From IMG/VR virus record IMGVR_UViG_3300030329_002480, positions 1-54,502 of that record: 54,502 nucleotides of DNA. One strand, given 5' to 3'. The stretch's first letter is position 1. Every line of letters begins with the position of its first letter. The DNA comes from a virus (taxonomy: Duplodnaviria > Caudoviricetes). The translations under genes and the position numbers were made by a program. The notes below the pieces were generated by a model. It was not told the origin of the DNA and did not search any database. It saw only the letters and a list, made by a program, of their open reading frames with translations. Positions 45,808 through 53,520 of the stretch are shown here, piece after piece.

Positions 45808-45835
45808 GAGATTTTTTATCCTTTTCTCGTTTGCG

Positions 45836-45917
45836 CCCCGACGGACAACCCGCCGGAGTCAAGCACAGTCTATCCCCCAACCGGTAGGGGTCAATACCTC
45901 TTGACATCCTTTTGACA
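45836..45917 (-). promoter_or_regulatory. Promoter cassette
   Basis: TTGACC-N16-TAGACT containing a CCCC-N8-GGGG box (45875-45890), tandem TTGACA (45901, 45912) and a leader hairpin (45836-45858). Confidence 0.7.
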
Positions 45918-45982
45918 TTCGGCCTATCGGGCCATAGGACGCGCGGGCATGTATGCAAAGCCCCGAGGTTATCGCGTGGTTC

Positions 45983-46645
45983 TTACCGGTTATAGTCAAC
46001 ATCATACCACGCTTCGCCATCTTCCGAGTTTAAGGCATCCCATAGCGTTACCTTATCGCGTGGGTAGAGCGCCTCATACATACGAACCATATCAGAGGCA
46101 AGTCGGCGTAACGCGGTATGGTCCTTAGTAAGAACCTGTAACAAAGCACGCTTTTCCCGCATGTAGATAGGCGCAAAGTTTCTATCGTGTTCAATGATGC
46201 TGCGGGAGTTGTCAATCATATCGGCAGACTTAATCATATGCGCCTGCCACCCTCCCTTACTTATATGGTGTCGGTCCATAGCTTTACGCCACGCCCGGTT
46301 ACCATCCTCCGGCTTACTAACGTCGGTGAGCTCGGCCACAATACGTGCGATGTTAGGACCGAACGTATTGTTTATATCCTCGTTAGATACTGAAGTATCC
46401 TCTACTACGTCGTGTAGTAAAGCGGCGCAGAGACTTTCCACGTCATGTACACCAAACTCCCTTAGGAGCCTGTATACATTAAGCGGGTGAGAGATGTACG
46501 GTATCCCTGTATACTTACGTACTTGGCCTTTATGTGCGCCTCTCGCATACTGAAACGCTGAGGCAACAAGCTTACGCTCCTCATCTATCATGGAGTGGAC
46601 GTCGTTTAACGTCAGGGTAACATCGCATGGTTCGTACTTAGGCAT
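45983..46645 (-). CDS. HD-domain small alarmone hydrolase, (p)ppGpp hydrolase / Mesh1-like
   Basis: AHKGQVRK...PYISHP, AALLHDVVEDT, FG..IA.IV.ELTD, IKSADMIDN. Confidence 0.88.
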   Translation of the reverse strand: MPKYEPCDVTLTLNDVHSMIDEERKLVASAFQYARGAHKGQVRKYTGIPYISHPLNVYRLLREFGVHDVESLCAALLHDVVEDTSVSNEDINNTFGPNIARIVAELTDVSKPEDGNRAWRKAMDRHHISKGGWQAHMIKSADMIDNSRSIIEHDRNFAPIYMREKRALLQVLTKDHTALRRLASDMVRMYEALYPRDKVTLWDALNSEDGEAWYDVDYNR

Positions 46646-46919
46646 TAGTACTCTCCGGGTCTGTCAAGATGTCAGTCAGGATACGAGGCACACAGTGGTA
46701 TTCCTTATGGTCGTAAAGGATAGCCCACGCTTCTTGTTGTGGCGTTTCCACCGGTTGACCATCTAGGTATAGATTACCTTTAGCCCTAAAGGTCTTAGGT
46801 ACGACGTCGTTCGCGTCATCGCACCACTTATCCATCGTTACTATACGATTAGGTACGTCCAGCTCGACCTTAAACCCGCAGTGCTTGCAGGTTAAGTAGC
46901 GTTTAACTTTACTATTCAT
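46638..46919 (-). CDS. Hypothetical Zn-binding protein, 93 aa
   Basis: ATG at 46919, CKHC...H.EYHC, overlapping both neighbours. Confidence 0.6.
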   Translation of the reverse strand: MNSKVKRYLTCKHCGFKVELDVPNRIVTMDKWCDDANDVVPKTFRAKGNLYLDGQPVETPQQEAWAILYDHKEYHCVPRILTDILTDPESTNA

Positions 46920-47262
46920 ACCACACCCCCATATTGAGAACGATGTACCTACGGTATGGTCCTGTGTTTGTATCAATGAATGCCATAAAGGTGCTATCCC
47001 CTTCAGTAGTTGCAGTTGTACGGTCTGCTCCCTGCAACGCGCGCTCGAAGATACTATAGCTATCATAGCTATAGTGGCGACGGGCATAGTCGTATCGTTC
47101 CAGCGCACGGATGTGTTGGTCAGTAAGACCCGCATCATCTATCTCCCTAAGGACACCACTAGCCGCCAATGAGCCTCGGATACTATCTACGTACTTTGCA
47201 TCCCATACAGCGGTAAGGTATCGTTGGAGGTATTCGTAAACTTTTCGTTCGTTCGCTTTCAT
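46912..47262 (-). CDS. Hypothetical protein, 116 aa
   Basis: AAAGGAG RBS directly after a promoter cassette. Confidence 0.7.
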   Translation of the reverse strand: MKANERKVYEYLQRYLTAVWDAKYVDSIRGSLAASGVLREIDDAGLTDQHIRALERYDYARRHYSYDSYSIFERALQGADRTTATTEGDSTFMAFIDTNTGPYRRYIVLNMGVWYE

Positions 47263-47278
47263 TCGGTTTCTCCTTTCG

Positions 47279-47350
47279 CCGATGGATGAGCCCGTCGGTC
47301 AAGCGCATGGTATCACGCCCCCAACCGACGGGGTGTCAAGAGTTTGTCAA
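47279..47350 (-). promoter_or_regulatory. Promoter cassette
   Basis: Tandem TTGACA (47334, 47345), CCCC-N8-GGGG box (47318-47333), TGnTACCAT and a leader hairpin (47279-47298). Confidence 0.7.
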
Positions 47351-47646
47351 GTCGCGATTGTGTCGGTTCTACCCCCAGAATCTGGCAGCGGCATTCCCGC
47401 TTCATCATCCTTCTTTGAGGGGGATAGCCCGGTGGGGACTATGAGCTCCATAGTTCTGAACTTATAAGAACAGAACGTACACTCAAGGATACGCGCAGTA
47501 AAGTGCGCCTTATCCTTATCACCGGTAAGCGTGCTCTTACCCCATCGCTGTAGATACTCATGCCCCTTACCGGGTAGGTAGGTGTGATGACTATGAGCGA
47601 TGTCCTTTACCCGCGTTCCGTTCTTTCCACACTTTGGACAATACAT
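47347..47646 (-). CDS. NrdR-like Zn-ribbon protein
   Basis: MYCPKCG...TRVKD...RILECTFCSYKFRTME. AGGAG RBS before 47646. Confidence 0.7.
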   Translation of the reverse strand: MYCPKCGKNGTRVKDIAHSHHTYLPGKGHEYLQRWGKSTLTGDKDKAHFTARILECTFCSYKFRTMELIVPTGLSPSKKDDEAGMPLPDSGGRTDTIAT

Positions 47647-47654
47647 GGTTACTC

Positions 47655-48062
47655 CTAGATTTGATAGTTCGAGTAGTTGCTTACGCTCGCACAACCAGAG
47701 GAGCAATAGCCGTGATAGATTAGAAACTCTGGGTCTTCCTGTCCTTTGGGCAACTCGGCCTTACACACGCCGCAGTTCTCATACTCCCCATAAGGAATAG
47801 AGATAGGCTCAGCCGTTTTGTTGTGGTCGATAACCTCGACCGTGTTCTTTGTTTCAATCCAGCAATGAGCCCCACAACTCAAGGGCTTATCCGGGGAATA
47901 GACCACGCGGGCGACCTCGTTCCCATCCTTGTCCTTGATAATGGCGATGTGCCCATAACGGTTTTGCTGGTGGTCCTTTACCGTAAGGCACGGGTCTGTT
48001 TTCCCATGCTTACGGTTCGCCTTAATCACATGCTGATTCACATGAATCTTAGTGGTCTTCAT
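47655..48062 (-). CDS. Conserved phage hypothetical protein
   Basis: IHVNQHVIKAN...VVYSPDKPLSCGA.CWIET motif that I recall from environmental phages. Confidence 0.75.
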   Translation of the reverse strand: MKTTKIHVNQHVIKANRKHGKTDPCLTVKDHQQNRYGHIAIIKDKDGNEVARVVYSPDKPLSCGAHCWIETKNTVEVIDHNKTAEPISIPYGEYENCGVCKAELPKGQEDPEFLIYHGYCSSGCASVSNYSNYQI

Positions 48063-48349
48063 TCCTCACCCCCGATTAGTTTTAAGTATTGCTTCCATCG
48101 TCTGATGGTTTCTTTCTTTACCGCTCCCATCTGGAACGACGCTAGGTCACCACTTGAATACTCGTGAAAGTCTTTACCAGATACGGTTGCGTGTGATGGT
48201 CCACGCGAACCACCGGGAAACACGCCTAAGTCGTAGTAGTGCCCGTCGTGTTTAATCGTCCCTAAGTAGATGCAGTATGTCCATATGTGGTGGTTACGTC
48301 CCCAATGGTATGTGCCTTCAGGTAGACCCTCAATCTCTTCTCCCATCAT
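48059..48349 (-). CDS. Hypothetical protein, 96 aa
   Basis: GGAGGTGA RBS and ATGA coupling. Confidence 0.7.
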   Translation of the reverse strand: MMGEEIEGLPEGTYHWGRNHHIWTYCIYLGTIKHDGHYYDLGVFPGGSRGPSHATVSGKDFHEYSSGDLASFQMGAVKKETIRRWKQYLKLIGGEE

Positions 48350-48612
48350 TCACCTCCCTGTTCAGGAGCCGACGTCCCACCAAAGCCTACGATAATGTCG
48401 TCCACCTGTTTATACAGGGACTCTCGCTTACCCTTTAGCCCTAGCATCTTACGGGCTAGGGTTGTTCCCATCGGGGTATTCCGACTCCATCGGATGCCGC
48501 TTCTTTGAAGCCCTAGGGCCGCGCGGATGCTCAGCAAGGTATACATGTCAGTTGCCGAGATGCTATCCCCCGTCACGTCAATCTTCCTCAAGTAGTCTGC
48601 TCTACCCATCAT
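48346..48612 (-). CDS. Hypothetical protein, 88 aa
   Basis: GGAGGTGA RBS and ATGA coupling. Confidence 0.7.
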   Translation of the reverse strand: MMGRADYLRKIDVTGDSISATDMYTLLSIRAALGLQRSGIRWSRNTPMGTTLARKMLGLKGKRESLYKQVDDIIVGFGGTSAPEQGGE

Positions 48613-48764
48613 TCACCTCCTTTCTTTGACTGATAAGCAAGCCCGCACTTATTGCGGTACTTACTTGCCTGTCGGCTAGTGGGCTCAATGCCCGCGTTGG
48701 AACAAGCCTTACGGAACTCGGCGTTCCGTGCGGCAAACTCTTTGTTGGTCATTGCTGTCTTCAT
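48609..48764 (-). CDS. Hypothetical protein, 51 aa (absent from ORF track)
   Basis: MKTAMTNKEFAARNAEFRKACSNAGIEPTSRQASKYRNKCGLAYQSKKGGE, with ATGA overlaps at both ends. Confidence 0.75.
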   Translation of the reverse strand: MKTAMTNKEFAARNAEFRKACSNAGIEPTSRQASKYRNKCGLAYQSKKGGE

Positions 48765-49240
48765 TCTTCACCTCCAAATGCTTTGTGCAGTTTTTTCAAG
48801 TGCGCCCAGTCAATAATCTCACACGTTTCTTGGTCGGAGAGAACCTCCCCATCCTCATCCCATGCTGCGGCTAAGACCATAGCGATAGCCGCCATAGCCT
48901 TTTCGAGTGTCACGCCTTCCTTAAGGAACTTTTCCATATCAAGGTCGCCTTTCACAATAAGCAACAAGTCCTTCGCTGTAGCAAAAGGAAACATAGCAGT
49001 AAGCATCCAAAGCTTTACCGCTTCCGCAGTAGCATCCGGCTGGAGGCTACTCTCATTCATACAACTAATCCAACGCCACATACCCATAGGGTCGGGGGCG
49101 ATGTTAATCGTATGCGTCTTCACAACTTCTTCCACTTCTTCTCCCTCCTCACAACTAGGACACGGACTGTCCTTTGCATCCAAATAATACTCACCGTGAT
49201 GAGCACACTTACCTACTCCGATTCCTTTGTCAGCCATCAC
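48761..49240 (-). CDS. Hypothetical protein with N-terminal Zn finger
   Basis: CAHHGEY...CPSC. GGAGG RBS. Confidence 0.7.
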   Translation of the reverse strand: MMADKGIGVGKCAHHGEYYLDAKDSPCPSCEEGEEVEEVVKTHTINIAPDPMGMWRWISCMNESSLQPDATAEAVKLWMLTAMFPFATAKDLLLIVKGDLDMEKFLKEGVTLEKAMAAIAMVLAAAWDEDGEVLSDQETCEIIDWAHLKKLHKAFGGEE

Positions 49241-49246
49241 TTCCTC

Positions 49247-49540
49247 CTAGTGCATCACAATAAAGATGTTCTTACGTTTGTCGTCTTTGCCTCTACTACC
49301 GTCGCACAACTGGCAACGGTCACATGTCACACGCCTTCCCGCTTCCTTAGAAGCAGGACAAAGAATCTCGTTAGGAAGCATGTCATCAATACTCTTTGCC
49401 GTCCTAAACGAGCGGAAACCCTTGGCATTGGCCTCCATTACTTCTTCCTTGGTATGGGTAGATGCCATACAAAAGCGGGCCAGCCACGCTGCCGCTTTCT
49501 TCCACTGATGGGTATACCCAGTCCTATTCGCTCTCATCAT
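49247..49540 (-). CDS. C-terminal half of a Cys-rich (gp88/radical-SAM-like) phage protein
   Basis: TGYTHQW, CMAS, CPAS...TCDRCQLC...IVMH. Confidence 0.65.
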   Translation of the reverse strand: MMRANRTGYTHQWKKAAAWLARFCMASTHTKEEVMEANAKGFRSFRTAKSIDDMLPNEILCPASKEAGRRVTCDRCQLCDGSRGKDDKRKNIFIVMH

Positions 49541-49986
49541 TCACCTCCATGAGCTGACCATGCCCATGCCCATGCTTCTTCTGGCATAGCACCGGGGTCA
49601 CCGTATGAACCGAAACGTAGCTTCTTGCCCTGACAAAGAGCCCGCGCTTCCTCTACAGAAGTAACGGGCTTATCCTTGTGTGCTTTCCAGACAGACAGTG
49701 GGGCCTGATACGCCTTGACATAGCAAGGACGGTTAAGCCCTGCTTCCAGTCGCGCCTCCCTATTACTAGGACGAAGAAGGCAACCGCCACATACAGCGTA
49801 GTCTTGCCCGGTCTTTACTGCTTCGTGAGGAGGGATATCCTTCAGCATAATCCAAGTCTGAAGCATATCCCCTGTCTTGTCATTAGACGAGGCTTTGACT
49901 AAGCCTGTCACGACCATCATGATAATGACGGACGGGTCCAGTTCGGATGGACCTTCCCATACTTTAATCGCGTTTATCTTTGGCAT
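49537..49986 (-). CDS. N-terminal half of a Cys-rich (gp88/radical-SAM-like) phage protein
   Basis: SSNDKTGDMLQTWI, VCGGC...CYV, LRFGSYGDP. ATG at 49986 lies downstream of a promoter cassette. Confidence 0.65.
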   Translation of the reverse strand: MPKINAIKVWEGPSELDPSVIIMMVVTGLVKASSNDKTGDMLQTWIMLKDIPPHEAVKTGQDYAVCGGCLLRPSNREARLEAGLNRPCYVKAYQAPLSVWKAHKDKPVTSVEEARALCQGKKLRFGSYGDPGAMPEEAWAWAWSAHGGE

Positions 49987-50016
49987 TCGGCGTCCTGTTC
50001 GAGTCGGTTTTGCGTT

Positions 50017-50093
50017 GACCAGCGGCGAATCCCGCCCGGTCGAAGGAGAGCATATCCCCGACGGGTTGGGGTGGCACGTCAAGAAAATGTCAA
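50017..50093 (-). promoter_or_regulatory. Promoter cassette
   Basis: Tandem TTGAC (50077, 50088), CCCC-N8-GGGG box (50056-50071), TATGCT and a leader hairpin (50017-50041). Confidence 0.65.
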
Positions 50094-50144
50094 GACGAAA
50101 AATGCAGGTTCGACCGTGGCTTTCAGCGAACAAAAGTTTTTTCT

Positions 50145-50173
50145 TTGACGGGGCCGGCGCGACACACTATGAC
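50145..50173 (+). promoter_or_regulatory. Candidate rightward promoter
   Basis: TTGACG-N17-TATGAC preceded by a T-tract, in the divergent intergenic region. Confidence 0.4.
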
Positions 50174-50225
50174 AAACGACGTCATCTAACGACAGGTGGC
50201 AGAAACCCAAACGTGAGAAAAACAC

Positions 50226-51266
50226 ATGCATCATCTTGATATGAGTAATGGTCGAGCAAATATGTTTTATACCGGTCCTGTGCCTTGGCATGGGTTGGGT
50301 AAGGGAGTGGAGAATGCCCTTACTGCGGAAGAAGCTATCGTTGCTGCGGGCCTTGATTGGAATGTTGGACTTCAGAAGATGTTCGCTGACTATGATAAGA
50401 CAGGCGAACACATCGAGATTCCTAACAACTTTGCTGTTGTTAGGGACGATACTAAGGCTGTGCTTGGTGTTGTGGGTAATCAGTACACCTGCTTCCAGAA
50501 TGCACAGGCTATGACGTTGTTAGACGAGGTCGCTGGACCGGGACGTATGGTTCATTACCATACCGCAGGCTCTCTGTATGGGGGTAAGCGTGTGTGGTTG
50601 TTGGCTAAGCTGACGAACCTGACTATCGAGCCCGTGCCTAATGACCGGGTTGACCTTTACATCGTCCTTATGAAGGGGCACGATGGTAAGTTTGGGGTCA
50701 AGGTTTTCTTTACTCCTGTCCGTGTCGTCTGCGCGAATACGATGGGCGCAGCGTTGTCGATGGCAAGGTCTGACCACTCGGCTATGGTTAAGCTCAAGCA
50801 TAGGAAGAACATCTTCTCCAAGGCGGATGAGGCGCGTAAGATTCTCGGTCTTGCTTATGAGCAGGGTGAGCGTTGGTCCGATATGATGAATAACCTTGCG
50901 AAGATGCAGGTTGATACCAAGGGATGGGAGTTCTTGCTTGATAATATCATGCCTCTCCCTGAGCTCGCGGATGGCGAAGAAACCACCCGCGCCTTTACTT
51001 TGGCAACGAACCGTAGGGAGAAGCTTACTGAGTTGTTCGAGGGAGGACTTGGGACGGATATCCCCGGTGTCCGTGGTACCGCTTGGGGAGCGTACAACGC
51101 TGTTACTGAGTTTACTACTCATCACGCTTCGGTTCGTGCTGGGGTTAGTAAGGACAGCCCTGACTATGATAGGGCTAGGTCCGAGAGGCTCCTTGATTCT
51201 TCTTGGTTTGGTTCGGGCGCGAAGCTCAACCAGCGTGCTCTTGATTTGCTCGTGTTGCCTTTCTAG
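50226..51266 (+). CDS. DUF932 family (phage/plasmid-like) protein
   Basis: PWHGLG, AGLDW, TAGSLYGG.RVW, TPVRVVCANT, GTAWGAYNAVTE. Confidence 0.9.
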   Translation: MHHLDMSNGRANMFYTGPVPWHGLGKGVENALTAEEAIVAAGLDWNVGLQKMFADYDKTGEHIEIPNNFAVVRDDTKAVLGVVGNQYTCFQNAQAMTLLDEVAGPGRMVHYHTAGSLYGGKRVWLLAKLTNLTIEPVPNDRVDLYIVLMKGHDGKFGVKVFFTPVRVVCANTMGAALSMARSDHSAMVKLKHRKNIFSKADEARKILGLAYEQGERWSDMMNNLAKMQVDTKGWEFLLDNIMPLPELADGEETTRAFTLATNRREKLTELFEGGLGTDIPGVRGTAWGAYNAVTEFTTHHASVRAGVSKDSPDYDRARSERLLDSSWFGSGAKLNQRALDLLVLPF

Positions 51267-51277
51267 AACGAAACTAT

Positions 51278-51305
51278 GGGGTGCCTACCGTTTGGTAGGC
51301 ATCTC
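51278..51305 (+). terminator. Stem-loop after the DUF932 gene (weak terminator or RNA stability element)
   Basis: GGGGTGCCTACC-GTTT-GGTAGGCATCTC with a poor U tract. Confidence 0.55.
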
Positions 51306-51322
51306 TCTTACTTGGAGGAAGA

Positions 51323-51523
51323 ATGCCTAACTCATATAAAACTACTGGCCCGAGGGTGGCTATCCACTTGCCCGCTGGCATCGTTAAAAGCTTGAAGCGT
51401 ATTGCTAGTGAGGAAGACCGTAGTGTGTCGGCGCAATGTCGTCGTTGGATTATTGCTGCGGTCGAAGCATGGGAAACCAAAGACTCCGAGCAATACTACG
51501 TCCCGCCTAAGGGTAACGAGTAA
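51323..51523 (+). CDS. Arc/CopG-like ribbon-helix-helix regulator
   Basis: RVAIHLP..IVKSLKRIASEEDRSVSAQCR. Confidence 0.8.
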   Translation: MPNSYKTTGPRVAIHLPAGIVKSLKRIASEEDRSVSAQCRRWIIAAVEAWETKDSEQYYVPPKGNE

Positions 51524-51717
51524 TGCCCATCTATGAGTTCAAATGCCAACAATGCAAGGACCAGTTTGAGGTGCTGGTCCGTACAAAAACTGAAGAGATA
51601 GTCTGCCCTGTTTGTAAGAGCGGGCGGGTAACGAAACTAGTCAGTGGTGGCGGCTTTATCCTGAAAGGGGGAGGCTGGTACGCCGATGGCTATTCAAAAG
51701 GAAAGGAAGGTGAATGA
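51523..51717 (+). CDS. FmdB-family Zn-ribbon protein
   Basis: MPIYEFKCQQC...CPVC...FILKGGGWYADGY. Confidence 0.88.
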   Translation: MPIYEFKCQQCKDQFEVLVRTKTEEIVCPVCKSGRVTKLVSGGGFILKGGGWYADGYSKGKEGE

Positions 51718-51920
51718 TGATTGACAATCTGTTTGAGACGTTAGGCGAAGTGTTAGGGGGACGAGGGTATAAGGTCGAGGACGAACCCGTGACTGTGCAG
51801 GTTACGTTTAAGAACCTGACTGAGTATGGGTTGTTCTTGGCACTGATGTCTACCGTTGAGCAGGATGCGAACTACGGGCCCTTTACTATTGAGAGGGTAG
51901 GAGGGTCCGACGATGGGTAA
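51714..51920 (+). CDS. Hypothetical protein, 68 aa
   Basis: ATGA coupling and RBS. Confidence 0.65.
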   Translation: MMIDNLFETLGEVLGGRGYKVEDEPVTVQVTFKNLTEYGLFLALMSTVEQDANYGPFTIERVGGSDDG

Positions 51921-52617
51921 CTTTGAAGAAGAGTACGTCTTGGTGAGTTACCCTGTGCTTGATGGGGAGCGGTGGGTCAATCGCGAATACATGCGTGACC
52001 CCGACATGCAGCCCTGTTTTTGGGACAGAGATGCTGACGGGCATGACTGGGACTATACCTACATCGAAGAAGACGAGTGGCCTAAGAAGGACGAAGTAGA
52101 TAAGCACTGGCTTGCTTACGAGGCGTATGTGTTTGATACCGGGGAAGACCCGTTGGACAACTACTACGTTTCGTACACGTACAAGAGGCTTGCTGCTTAT
52201 ACTCTTGTCTTTAGGGAGAGTCTCGGTGGTCCGTTTCTTATCCGTTGGAAGAGAGGTCGGGCACCTTACGAGGTTGCATCTGCTAAGATGCCCCCGCCTT
52301 GGGTCTGTGAATACTTCCTTCTGATTAATGGTTGGTTTATGTCGTCGGACCCGGATGACCTATCGAGGCGTCCCCTTAATGAGATCACAGAGACGGGGGA
52401 GACAGGGCGCTTTGATATGGCTGATTACCTTGAGCTCTTGGAGCATGACCCCCGCGTGAGGCTTACGAAGAGTAGGCATAAGAAGCTACCGTTCTACTTC
52501 GCAAGGTATGTCACGGAGGAGACGCGCCGATACAGCAAGGGGACCGTAAAGCGGCGTTTGAGAAAGATTATCCGTAAGCACCGGGAAGACAGGCGTGCCC
52601 GGTCAGGGGAGGAGTAA
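51913..52617 (+). CDS. Hypothetical protein, 234 aa
   Basis: GGAGG RBS, overlaps both neighbours. Confidence 0.7.
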   Translation: MGNFEEEYVLVSYPVLDGERWVNREYMRDPDMQPCFWDRDADGHDWDYTYIEEDEWPKKDEVDKHWLAYEAYVFDTGEDPLDNYYVSYTYKRLAAYTLVFRESLGGPFLIRWKRGRAPYEVASAKMPPPWVCEYFLLINGWFMSSDPDDLSRRPLNEITETGETGRFDMADYLELLEHDPRVRLTKSRHKKLPFYFARYVTEETRRYSKGTVKRRLRKIIRKHREDRRARSGEE

Positions 52618-52907
52618 TGCCACGTAAAGACCCAACGTGTCCCGACTGTCTCAACAAAGGCTACCTGTCTATCCTAGGTAGGCGCAGCGGAGACGAGCGG
52701 AAGATTGTGCCTTGTACCTGTAAACATGGGCGAAGGTTTGATAAGATGTGGCGTGCTGAATCACCACCAACCAAGCGCAAGGCCCGCCCAGTACGTCCCG
52801 ATGCTCCCGCTAATCACGGCATAGCTGCACAAGTACAACCAGACGAAGATAACAGCAGTACGACGAGGGTCCATGCCGACAACCTAACACGGAGTAAGGA
52901 CAGATGA
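52617..52907 (+). CDS. Zn-finger protein
   Basis: CPDCLNKG...PCTC. TAATG coupling. Confidence 0.65.
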   Translation: MPRKDPTCPDCLNKGYLSILGRRSGDERKIVPCTCKHGRRFDKMWRAESPPTKRKARPVRPDAPANHGIAAQVQPDEDNSSTTRVHADNLTRSKDR

Positions 52908-53041
52908 AACCGACTAAGAAGCGGAACATGGTTGTGGTAAACATGATGCAGCGTTCAGCTAAAGCAGGACGACACCCCGATAAGAAGAAGCAAGCAAGTA
53001 AGAAGGCTTGTCGAAAGGGAGCATGGCGTGGTTTGCAGTAA
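52904..53041 (+). CDS. Small basic protein, 45 aa (absent from ORF track)
   Basis: MKPTKKRNMVVVNMMQRSAKAGRHPDKKKQASKKACRKGAWRGLQ. AAGGA RBS and ATGA overlap. Confidence 0.7.
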   Translation: MKPTKKRNMVVVNMMQRSAKAGRHPDKKKQASKKACRKGAWRGLQ

Positions 53042-53294
53042 GTGCGGGTACCGGCACTTCAAGAGTATTGCCGCAGTAAATACCACGCACGGATGCGAGA
53101 CCTCAAAGCAGTCTCTTATAAACTGGGGGCTCAAGGTTGGTATCTTTGACGAGCACCCCCAGTGCATCATCCGACGTAAGCGATGCAACCGTTGCGGCAC
53201 GGTGATGCGAACGATTGAATACAAGATAGCCACAGAAACGAAACGCAAGAAAACTAAGTGGGGAGGAAAAGAAATAACAGCACGAAAAGAGTAA
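53028..53294 (+). CDS. NrdR-like Zn-ribbon protein
   Basis: CSKCG...IIRRKRCNRCGTVMRTIE. GTG start with GGAG RBS. Confidence 0.7.
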   Translation: MVCSKCGYRHFKSIAAVNTTHGCETSKQSLINWGLKVGIFDEHPQCIIRRKRCNRCGTVMRTIEYKIATETKRKKTKWGGKEITARKE

Positions 53295-53328
53295 CTTATT
53301 GACCGCGCCAAGCGGTTAGACTGGAGGC

Positions 53329-53520
53329 ATGAAGACCGTTAGTCTTACCCTCGAAGAGCCCCCTGACATGGACGAAAGGATTATCTACTCGATAGTATCC
53401 GAGTTGTTCGATGTTGATATTGAGTTCAAGAGGAAGGACATTATCATCTGTGGTCGGAACCTTGATGTTATCGCTTGGCTAGCCTTTCATGTATTACCGC
53501 TAGATACAGGAGAATCCTGA
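53329..53520 (+). CDS. Hypothetical protein, 63 aa
   Basis: GGAGG upstream and TGATG coupling to the helicase. Confidence 0.65.
   Translation: MKTVSLTLEEPPDMDERIIYSIVSELFDVDIEFKRKDIIICGRNLDVIAWLAFHVLPLDTGES

Noticed and set aside
49557-49575. (GCATGG)x3 as a phase-variation or frameshift switch
   Set aside because: A 6-bp unit keeps the frame, and an in-frame TGA blocks fusion to the downstream ORF.
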